From positions 50,874 to 114,873 of the IMG/VR virus record IMGVR_UViG_3300023174_000089: 64,000 nucleotides of DNA, one strand, 5' to 3'. Positions 56,248 through 64,000 of the stretch are shown one piece after another (position 1 is the stretch's first letter; every line of letters starts with the position of its first letter). This stretch comes from a virus. The notes below the pieces were generated by a model, which was not told the DNA's origin, did no database searches, and saw only the letters and a program-made list of their open reading frames with translations. A program made the translations under genes and the position numbers.

Positions 56248-57245
56248 ATCAACCTATCTTTCCACGTTGCAGGAGTTTTATCTGAAATAATTTCTAAAGG
56301 ATAAGAATAATCAAATTTCTTAGGTCCTTTTCCTTTAATGTATTGTACCGTTTCTTTTATTGCTGTTCTCAAATCAGTCTTTGTTTCATAGTTCAACAAT
56401 CGTCTGGCTTTATCAGCAGAGCAAGAAGCGTGTTTAACTTCTCTTGGCCGATCAGGCATGTGAATTGGTTCACCTTCAAAACCACATTCTTCTGCAACCA
56501 TCTTCGACATATCTTTTACTGTAATTGTTCCCTCATCGGGACCAATGTTGATAATTTGATGCACTAAATTAGGATCAAGTGCCATTTTCTCTAAACAAGA
56601 AATACAATCATCAACATAAGAGAAACACCTTGTTTGTAATCCGTCACCATAAATGATGGCAGGTTTGCCTTGTAGATTGCGATTAATCATAATACTCATC
56701 ACGTTACGGAAAGGATCATCATATCGTTGTCTTGGTCCTACGATATTATGTGGTACAGCAATATTCCACTGCATATGATGTGTATCACATAATACTTTTA
56801 ATACTTCTTCACCAGCAACCTTTGCAATACCATACGGATCAACTGGTTGTGGTCTCATATCTTCCGTAAATGGTGTTTGTTGTTCACCATATCGTGCCAT
56901 TGATGTGCAGTATACGAATCGTTTTACTTTGTTTTGGATGGCCGCAGAAATGGTAGATACAGAAGCTTCAAATATATTTCGTGTGATGAAACTTGGACTA
57001 AAAACAGAAAGTCCTTCGTGTGCTGTGGCGGCTGTATGAATTACAACATCACAATCTTTCATGATTCGTGTCATTTGTTCAACATTACAACAATCGACCA
57101 TATATAATTTAGCCTTTTCTGGCACATTATCAACATAACCACCAATCAAAGTATCGTTACCAATAACTTCATGGCCAAGTTCAATCATTCGGTCAGCCAA
57201 ATGACTGCCTAAGAATCCTGCTAATCCTGTTATAAAAATTTTCAT
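56244..57245 (-). CDS. NAD-dependent epimerase/dehydratase
   Basis: TGLAGFLG, YGIAK, HNIVGP.Q, GDG.Q.R.FS. Confidence 0.9.
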   Translation of the reverse strand: MKIFITGLAGFLGSHLADRMIELGHEVIGNDTLIGGYVDNVPEKAKLYMVDCCNVEQMTRIMKDCDVVIHTAATAHEGLSVFSPSFITRNIFEASVSTISAAIQNKVKRFVYCTSMARYGEQQTPFTEDMRPQPVDPYGIAKVAGEEVLKVLCDTHHMQWNIAVPHNIVGPRQRYDDPFRNVMSIMINRNLQGKPAIIYGDGLQTRCFSYVDDCISCLEKMALDPNLVHQIINIGPDEGTITVKDMSKMVAEECGFEGEPIHMPDRPREVKHASCSADKARRLLNYETKTDLRTAIKETVQYIKGKGPKKFDYSYPLEIISDKTPATWKDRLM

Positions 57246-57772
57246 GATACTCTCTTAATTAATGTCATACCGTTACAATTGGTTCGCCTTTCAACTAATT
57301 GCCATTCAGGATGAGTTTGTAAAAATTCTTGAACTGCAGGCCACACACCTAATTCACCGCCTTGGCCACGATCACCAAATAATGTGGTATCATGAAAGAA
57401 AATATATTTTTTTACCTTATTGGCATGGCGTTGTAACTCAATCTTAACTTGTTCATAAGAATGATAACTATCAACCAACATAATATCGGTTGGATCAATA
57501 ACGGCTGTTCTGGTGTCCTCAACGTGCAAGGTAACTCTGCGGCCACCTTTTATAGCTGCATCAAAGAATTCTCTTGTTTCTGGATACACATTGATATCAT
57601 AACTGTGCATTTCAATATCATGTCGTAAAAATCCTCTGGTGCTTTGGGCATACCCAACACCCAATTCAGTAGCATGTTTACACTCGGAAGTCATTTGTGA
57701 AATCCAAGGTAGATGTTCATGCATATCAGTTTGTCTGATACAAGCGTCTTGATATTCTTTTTCAAAGTCCAT
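57242..57772 (-). CDS. Methyltransferase (Methyltransf_24-like)
   Basis: ELGV....ST, D....D..H.Y.Q...EL, FHDT, GVWPA..EF. Confidence 0.75.
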   Translation of the reverse strand: MDFEKEYQDACIRQTDMHEHLPWISQMTSECKHATELGVGYAQSTRGFLRHDIEMHSYDINVYPETREFFDAAIKGGRRVTLHVEDTRTAVIDPTDIMLVDSYHSYEQVKIELQRHANKVKKYIFFHDTTLFGDRGQGGELGVWPAVQEFLQTHPEWQLVERRTNCNGMTLIKRVS

Positions 57773-58620
57773 TATGTTGTCCTAAATGTGATTAAATCTT
57801 CTTGTTGATATTTTTGTTTAATGTATTCTTTCCATTCTGGTACACGATCATATTGATGCACAATAGCAAATGGTCGGCCCAAAGATGTTTTAACGATACC
57901 ATCTTCAAATCTTGGTTCTGGTTCTAATAAGTGTGGTCTAAAAGATTCAATTTTTGACGGATCAACCGTTGTGCCAGCCTGACAAGCCCAACCATCCAAT
58001 TGTGCAGCAAAACGAGTTACATCTTTGTATGGCTGTGTCTGAATTAATACATTATATACCGCTTGATCACAGATGGCAATAGGTCGATTAATAGCATTGA
58101 ATAGAATGTTAAAAACCAAATCTTTAACATATTCGGACACACCACCAATTGTACCAACATTGTATATTTCATTATCTTTAAACTGATTATGAACATATGG
58201 TCCATAAGCTTGCATGAGATTTTCATTACCCCATGGTTCATCTCTATACCTCATACTTTCAGAACCAGCAACTAACTTTTTGCCTTTGAGATTTAATTCC
58301 AACCATGCGATTGGATTTGTTTGAAAATAAACATCTTTGACATCTGTGGTAACTATATGATTATAGTTTTGCCAAGTGTTTTTTAGAAAATCATAGATTG
58401 ATAAGAAGCGAGCGACATGAATTGGAGCTTTGATGTCGTGCATTTTAATGATGATGAAATTTCTTTTTTTCAATTCATCAATCGTTTCTTCTGATGCGTT
58501 ACCAACAACCATGGCTTTATCGCCAGTGAAACCACATTCATCAATCGATTCAACCCAAGGTTTTAATTGATTGTAGTTGTAATTAGTAAATGCACCGATT
58601 ATGAGGCTTTTTGACGCCAT
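57772..58620 (-). CDS. Glycosyltransferase-like protein
   Basis: TDVKDVYFQ, DQA.YN, IVHQYDR. Confidence 0.65.
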   Translation of the reverse strand: MASKSLIIGAFTNYNYNQLKPWVESIDECGFTGDKAMVVGNASEETIDELKKRNFIIIKMHDIKAPIHVARFLSIYDFLKNTWQNYNHIVTTDVKDVYFQTNPIAWLELNLKGKKLVAGSESMRYRDEPWGNENLMQAYGPYVHNQFKDNEIYNVGTIGGVSEYVKDLVFNILFNAINRPIAICDQAVYNVLIQTQPYKDVTRFAAQLDGWACQAGTTVDPSKIESFRPHLLEPEPRFEDGIVKTSLGRPFAIVHQYDRVPEWKEYIKQKYQQEDLITFRTT

Positions 58621-59327
58621 GGGTATACTCCATTATATTTTTCATTCATTACTCTATTGCCATTTTCAAAGAATTCTGCATTAACAGAACCTTTACCACC
58701 ATCTACTCGATAACAAGTTGTATATTCTCCTGTGCAATCAAATTTAGGAAAATGATGCGTGATAGCTTGTAAGAATACTCTATCTTGTCCCCAACCACCG
58801 TGCCACACACTTGCAATCTTATTTGCTACCTGTGTTTTAATGAAATAACAATTCGTATCAATGTGATGTATGCCATGATAAGTTGGCCATTTACCTAATG
58901 ATTCACAATCATCAAAACAAACAAGTTTGCCTTCTTTATTATATATTTGTCGTAAGGAATAACACCAATCTAATGATCGTGTATTGATTGTTTTAATACA
59001 TTGATCAACATGAGACCGATATAACCAATTATCTTGGTCGAGATATCCAACATACTCTGTATTGATTAGATGTGTAAATGCGGCATAGACACGGTGACCG
59101 TAAAATCCTTTGGCACCGACATTGATTGGTAGTGAACAGATGTGAACTCTTTCATCTGTTAATGTTGAATCTAATACTTCTAATGTTTTATCCATGTATT
59201 CATCACCATCAATCACAACATAACATTCTGTGTGATGACTTTGATTTAAAACAGATTCAACGGCCGTTTTTACCTCTGGTGATCCAGTGGTGGGTATAAT
59301 TATAGTAGCGCTCATATAAATTTCCAA
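58599..59327 (-). CDS. GT2-family glycosyltransferase
   Basis: IIIPT, SVL.Q, VVIDG, YLDQDN. Confidence 0.85.
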   Translation of the reverse strand: MEIYMSATIIIPTTGSPEVKTAVESVLNQSHHTECYVVIDGDEYMDKTLEVLDSTLTDERVHICSLPINVGAKGFYGHRVYAAFTHLINTEYVGYLDQDNWLYRSHVDQCIKTINTRSLDWCYSLRQIYNKEGKLVCFDDCESLGKWPTYHGIHHIDTNCYFIKTQVANKIASVWHGGWGQDRVFLQAITHHFPKFDCTGEYTTCYRVDGGKGSVNAEFFENGNRVMNEKYNGVYPWRQKAS

Positions 59328-59917
59328 AATATTTGATAACCTTTATATACTGGTTGATTATCTATTTTTTTCATATAGTCAAAAATTAATTTTCCTTTGC
59401 CTGCTTCAACTTGCATATTATTTTTATATTCAAACCAATTATCATCAACACCAATCAAAGCGCCAGATTTCAATGATGGTATAATTACGGTGTATTCATA
59501 TAAATGGTGTAATGCACTCTCAAAAACAACTTCTGGTTTTCCTCTTGGTGCATCAAAACTATCTAAATATAAAAAATCTATTTTTTTGTTTTGATCTTGT
59601 AATTGTGTATTGAGTTGTTTTAAATATGTAATACTATCACTTAATATAACGTGGCTGTTTGGTGATGTCATTTTACTAATGCAATACTCAACACTTTCTT
59701 TTGCATTATCAATCGTGAAAAATTCACCACCATATTCATTAACATATTTGTCAAATAATAAACTACTTTGACCATCACCACTATAATTATCCTCTTGTCT
59801 TGCGCATCCAGTTTCAACAATTAAAGGATTTTCAATTTGTTTTAGGTAGTCAAAAATTAAATCAAATCCACGAATTCGGTGACCTAGTCGGTTTCTCACA
59901 TCATTATAAAATTCCAT
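59312..59917 (-). CDS. Methyltransferase-like protein
   Basis: IVETG, DFLYLDS.D, VDD, GKG. Confidence 0.7.
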   Translation of the reverse strand: MEFYNDVRNRLGHRIRGFDLIFDYLKQIENPLIVETGCARQEDNYSGDGQSSLLFDKYVNEYGGEFFTIDNAKESVEYCISKMTSPNSHVILSDSITYLKQLNTQLQDQNKKIDFLYLDSFDAPRGKPEVVFESALHHLYEYTVIIPSLKSGALIGVDDNWFEYKNNMQVEAGKGKLIFDYMKKIDNQPVYKGYQIFWKFI

Positions 59918-59920
59918 AAT

Positions 59921-60199
59921 TTATTCTTTTGTTAGTTTCAATATTTTTTCTATTTGTTTTTCTATAATAGGTTTACGGTTTGGCCAATATATGTATTCTT
60001 TATCTCCGGTCGAATGTAATTTTGTTAAGAATGGTATAATCAGTTTCTCAACTTCTTTTAACCGTAATTTATAATCTTCTGCGGTCTCAGCAGTTTTGTT
60101 TATAACTGAATTATATTCTTCTTCTGATACAGCAGAAAAACCAAAATCATCTTCTACATCATATTCTTGAGCTAGTTTATCAAAATCAATTAGTGGCAT
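59921..60199 (-). CDS. Conserved T4-like hypothetical protein
   Basis: DDFGFSAV, I.P.L..L.....EYIYWPNR. Confidence 0.7.
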   Translation of the reverse strand: MPLIDFDKLAQEYDVEDDFGFSAVSEEEYNSVINKTAETAEDYKLRLKEVEKLIIPFLTKLHSTGDKEYIYWPNRKPIIEKQIEKILKLTKE

Positions 60200-60202
60200 A
60201 TT

Positions 60203-61480
60203 TTACTTTGCAATTACAAATGGTCCAGAATCTTCAGAACGAGATGCCGTGTATTGATATATTACACGAACAAACTTGTCCGCATTGTCATTTTTGTTAA
60301 ACCAAGATATCAACATAGGCATAAGTTTATTAGTTACTGCTGCACTCAATTCTGTTCTTTTTTCTTCAAACATAATCCTTAAAGGGTCTTTTGGAGGAGC
60401 TTTTTTTGCTCCTTTCTCTTTAACAGGTTTTGGTGGTTTTACTCCTCCCAAATCAATTTTTAGGAAATCTTTTAATTCTTTTTTAAATTTATTATTTTCC
60501 ATTGTAAACTGATTTAACCACCTAGTAGCAAATGCATTATCAACTAACGATAAAGCATCAGAAAATACATATTGTGATGCCAAAGAACCGTGGCGAGCTT
60601 CAGAATCTTTGTCCATGTTATTTGCTTTCCAACCACCACTTGATTCAGTAACATGTAACATTTGTATGTATTTTGTTTTGTCTTGTGACATATACAATTT
60701 TAAATCTCTAGCATTTTTTCCACCAGGTTTTCTTGGCTGCCAATCACTCAATCCATATGACTTTACTTTTTCCAGTTGTTTTAACTCATAAGGTCTACTA
60801 AAATTAATTTTATAGATGTTAACTTCTTGTGTTTGTTTTTTTAGAGATAATGGTAGTAAATTTCCACTTGCAATCATTGAAGCAATAAATGTGTTTAGTG
60901 TTGTAAAAGTTAAACCTTGTTTGTTTCTGACCATATTTTGTATATCTTTTTTTGCTTTGGGTGAAGCAAAATATATGTCAGCTGGGCACCATTTATTGAT
61001 ATCACCAAATAACAATTTTCTTGGTTGACCACTTTCAACTAACATTGCATTTATTTTTTTCTGATCTTCATTGGCTGCATCAAATAAAGATTGAATATTG
61101 GCCATCACTTCTTTGTCACCACGAACATAAAAAACAGATGACCATGATGGTCTTTTTATAGCAGTAAATTTATTTGAAATATCATCTAAATCTTTTATAA
61201 GTTTTTTTGCAATCTTTAAAGAAGAAAGATACCAACTATCATCTTTCATTAAGAAATCTTCAATCTCTTTTAAATTTGTTGATCCTGAATCAACGTGACT
61301 TCTAAATGCAACACCAATTTTTGCTGTTGGGTGATTTTCGTCCCAAAATCTTTTAAAAATTTTATAAGTTGGATAAAGTGTTTCATCAAACACCTTTTCA
61401 ACTTTAGATGCTCCTAAAAAATCTGCCATTGCGCAAAAAAGTGCTTGAGCTGATTCTGCTTTTGAGGTATCGTCTGCCAT
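60203..61480 (-). CDS. Putative PD-(D/E)XK restriction-endonuclease-like protein
   Basis: ES.QA, NKWCPADIY...LLPLSLKK (AD...SLK active-site pattern). Confidence 0.5.
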   Translation of the reverse strand: MADDTSKAESAQALFCAMADFLGASKVEKVFDETLYPTYKIFKRFWDENHPTAKIGVAFRSHVDSGSTNLKEIEDFLMKDDSWYLSSLKIAKKLIKDLDDISNKFTAIKRPSWSSVFYVRGDKEVMANIQSLFDAANEDQKKINAMLVESGQPRKLLFGDINKWCPADIYFASPKAKKDIQNMVRNKQGLTFTTLNTFIASMIASGNLLPLSLKKQTQEVNIYKINFSRPYELKQLEKVKSYGLSDWQPRKPGGKNARDLKLYMSQDKTKYIQMLHVTESSGGWKANNMDKDSEARHGSLASQYVFSDALSLVDNAFATRWLNQFTMENNKFKKELKDFLKIDLGGVKPPKPVKEKGAKKAPPKDPLRIMFEEKRTELSAAVTNKLMPMLISWFNKNDNADKFVRVIYQYTASRSEDSGPFVIAK

Positions 61481-61482
61481 GT

Positions 61483-62592
61483 CTACCTAATAATTTGAAT
61501 GTCTTTTCCTGAAGTCCACACTTCAACTTCTGTTCTTAATCTACCCTCAGATTTAAGGGTTTCGTATCTATTTATAGCTTTACTCCGCCACCATTCAATC
61601 ACATTATTCAATTCATGTTTGTGATAGTTTTCACCAGGTAAAAGTTTATCAGTTTTAAGGTTAACATAATCGACCATGTTTTTAAAACCATAATCACCCA
61701 CATAATATCTTTTTCTCTCTGTCAACGATTTTGCTTTCTCAATCGTTAAGGAGAATGCCTCCGCTTCAGGTGATCCTTTTAATGCAGCTTTGGTGAGAGC
61801 AATAATCTTTGTAAAGGTTCTCAACTTTCTACTAGTGGTACTTTCATCACCCCCTAAAATATCTCCAACTTTACTTTCCACATATTGTTTTAAATCATTG
61901 TATGCTGGTCCGTGCATCATTGGCACCATATCAGATTCAGTAAGACCTTTGTAACGAATATAAGGCTTCATACCATCATACTGTGATACCTGTTTTGTTG
62001 AACCATATAAACTGGTAGTTTCAAATAAACAAAGATTCATACCATATTTTTTATTACAGATTTCTCTTACTGTGTGACTGGTACATATGGCAGCCATAAG
62101 TTTACCACCTAGATAATTAAAACCAAATGGTTGAGATGGTACAATCACAAATCCCATCATAGCAGAAGCATTAAACCGTTTGGATGTTTCTGTGGTTTGC
62201 GAGAACACCTGTCCAAGCATTTCATTGCGTGGTTTCATATAGATTACAGGTGAACCCAACCGAATGAAACCTAGAATCTTTCCTGTGTTTTTCTCTCTGG
62301 CAGCTAATTGTATATTTCTACCAACTGGTGCTTTATTGATATGTGATGATGTGATTGCAAGTAATGTATCCCAAGTTTCATATGGTATTTCTACCACTTC
62401 AATATTCATTTCTGATGGGTGCATAGAAAAATCAGAAAATAAATCATCTTCTGGTGGAAACAATGATGTTGGTATTTCATTGAGAGATTTTATCTTTTCT
62501 TCTCGCATGTATTGTTCAATGTTTTCATAATTGTTAAAGTAATCATGAAAAGCTTTGGCACAATACAACCCATCTTCTCTAGAAATAATCAT
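61483..62592 (-). CDS. DUF4338/DruA-like protein
   Basis: SH....GR, GFIRLGSP....PRN, P.QPFGFNYLGGKL.A, TTSLYG, SQY. Confidence 0.7.
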   Translation of the reverse strand: MIISREDGLYCAKAFHDYFNNYENIEQYMREEKIKSLNEIPTSLFPPEDDLFSDFSMHPSEMNIEVVEIPYETWDTLLAITSSHINKAPVGRNIQLAAREKNTGKILGFIRLGSPVIYMKPRNEMLGQVFSQTTETSKRFNASAMMGFVIVPSQPFGFNYLGGKLMAAICTSHTVREICNKKYGMNLCLFETTSLYGSTKQVSQYDGMKPYIRYKGLTESDMVPMMHGPAYNDLKQYVESKVGDILGGDESTTSRKLRTFTKIIALTKAALKGSPEAEAFSLTIEKAKSLTERKRYYVGDYGFKNMVDYVNLKTDKLLPGENYHKHELNNVIEWWRSKAINRYETLKSEGRLRTEVEVWTSGKDIQIIR

Positions 62593-63980
62593 ACTTTGAA
62601 TCCACTAAATTTCTTTGGCCGTTCTTCCCTGGTACCAAATGTGTTCAATGGCTTATCGTGGCCAGCATCAGCAATACCCATCTGTGCAGCCTGTTCAACA
62701 TCATATAGTTTCATTTTGGCACGGTCGACACCGAGAGTGAATCGTTTGTGGAATGTTGGATCATTATAACGATTCTTCAATTGTTTCACCATAATTTGGC
62801 CGAGTTCTTCTAGTTCTTCAGAAGAAATCAAAGCAAACATTAAGTCTGCGGTGGCGGGAAGTCCGAACGACTCACTCGTATCCTCAAGTCCCGGATCACT
62901 CGAAGTAAATCCTGATCGGGTAGTTTGTGTAGCAGATACAATAGGAACATTAAACTCAACAGCAAGGCCACGTAATTCTTCTGCAATTGCTTTAACGTAG
63001 GTGTATGAATTAATATTCGCACCAGCTTTAATACGAGCACTGCAACAAATATTAAGATAGTCAACAAATATAATGTCAGGTACAAAAGACCTCTTGAGAT
63101 TAAGTTCATTCAATAGTGTCCGAAAGTGTATGGTCGAAGCGGATGCAGTTGGATATTCTTTGATGATTAGTTTGCCTGTAGTCTTTTCACGAACTCTTGT
63201 TACCTTTTTATCATACATATCTTTTGGTAATTCCATCAAATCATCAATCGTTACATTTAATAAATTTGCATCGATTCGTTCTGCAATCTTTTCTTCACTC
63301 ATTTCCAGAGTGATGTATAATACATTCTTGCCTTGAACCATACACGATGCAGCCACATGACACATAAAAAGAGATTTGCCAACACCAGTGCCAGCAAGAG
63401 CGACATTGAGTGTCTTAGCAGGTAGACCACCTTTTGTGATTTTGTTAAAGTAGTCCAAGTCGAAAGGTATTCTTTCCTCTTTTCTATGATAGAATTCATA
63501 TCGAGCATCTGAGTCCTGTAAGTAATCGTGTCCTACCGAGTTATCAAATGAAACGGCCAAGGCGTCCGATAGTATCTTGGGAATCTGACCTTTGTCGTGA
63601 TTTTTGTCCTTGCCATCGAGAATTGAAATAGACCCCAATACTGCATTGTAGATGGCTTTCTCTTGGCAGAATTTTTCGGTCTTGTCAACAAGCCATTGAA
63701 TCTCGGTTTTTTCTTCATGATTACTCTCAATTTCTTTAAGATAATCCTCTGCTCTCTTAGCATCATCATCTGTGAGATTTCTCTTTTCTTTGAAGGCAAT
63801 ACTAAGTGCTTCAACCGTTGGCGTAGTGTTGTAAGTTTCTGTGAATGATGTAATTTCATTGAATAGTGTTTTCTCTACATTACCACTAAAATATTCATTC
63901 TTTAAAAATGGTAATACTTTTCTAAGATATTCTTCATTATAGATTAGATTCTTTAATATCGCTTGTTCCAGCTTCATCAA
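62589..63980 (-). CDS. 41: Replicative DNA helicase gp41
   Basis: LAGTGVGKS, YITLEM.EE, IKEYPT, VDYLNIC, SATQTTR, SESFGLP.TAD, KQLKNRY. Confidence 0.97.
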   Translation of the reverse strand: MMKLEQAILKNLIYNEEYLRKVLPFLKNEYFSGNVEKTLFNEITSFTETYNTTPTVEALSIAFKEKRNLTDDDAKRAEDYLKEIESNHEEKTEIQWLVDKTEKFCQEKAIYNAVLGSISILDGKDKNHDKGQIPKILSDALAVSFDNSVGHDYLQDSDARYEFYHRKEERIPFDLDYFNKITKGGLPAKTLNVALAGTGVGKSLFMCHVAASCMVQGKNVLYITLEMSEEKIAERIDANLLNVTIDDLMELPKDMYDKKVTRVREKTTGKLIIKEYPTASASTIHFRTLLNELNLKRSFVPDIIFVDYLNICCSARIKAGANINSYTYVKAIAEELRGLAVEFNVPIVSATQTTRSGFTSSDPGLEDTSESFGLPATADLMFALISSEELEELGQIMVKQLKNRYNDPTFHKRFTLGVDRAKMKLYDVEQAAQMGIADAGHDKPLNTFGTREERPKKFSGFKV

Positions 63981-64000
63981 TTATTTCCTGTTCAATATTA

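Noticed and set aside
1512-63848. Numerous + strand ORFs of 60-170 aa
   Set aside because: Almost all are antisense shadows of well-supported minus-strand genes, with no recognisable motifs.
1-64000. Stop-codon reassignment
   Set aside because: Core genes are full length in the standard code, and TAA, TAG and TGA all terminate genes.

Overview
A 64-kb segment of a large, AT-rich T4-like myovirus genome. Nearly all real genes lie on the minus strand. The rubrerythrin and GH19 endolysin suggest a freshwater betaproteobacterial host (inference). The T4-type core comprises gp32, gp59, gp33, RNase H, nrdA/nrdB, gp61 primase and gp41 helicase. Accessory content: (i) a compact operon of radical SAM/SPASM enzyme, Asn-Cys-repeat virion-like protein, EF-hand protein and two 2OG-Fe(II) oxygenases, which looks like a phage-encoded RiPP-style modification system and is the top candidate for a novel system; (ii) a circularly permuted two-piece tmRNA (tag ANDNKFALAA) and tRNA-Tyr; (iii) a rubredoxin-rubrerythrin-epimerase operon behind an OxyR-type box; (iv) an early region of small genes whose sigma70 promoters share an upstream TGTTG-N8-CAACA palindrome; (v) a lysis cassette with GH19 endolysin, overlapping spanins and a secreted thermonuclease; (vi) late proteins with T4 capsid-targeting-like N-termini, including a nucleotidyltransferase-kinase fusion and a ligase-fold protein; (vii) a glycosyl/methyltransferase island. 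All family calls come from motif recognition by eye; no searches were run.
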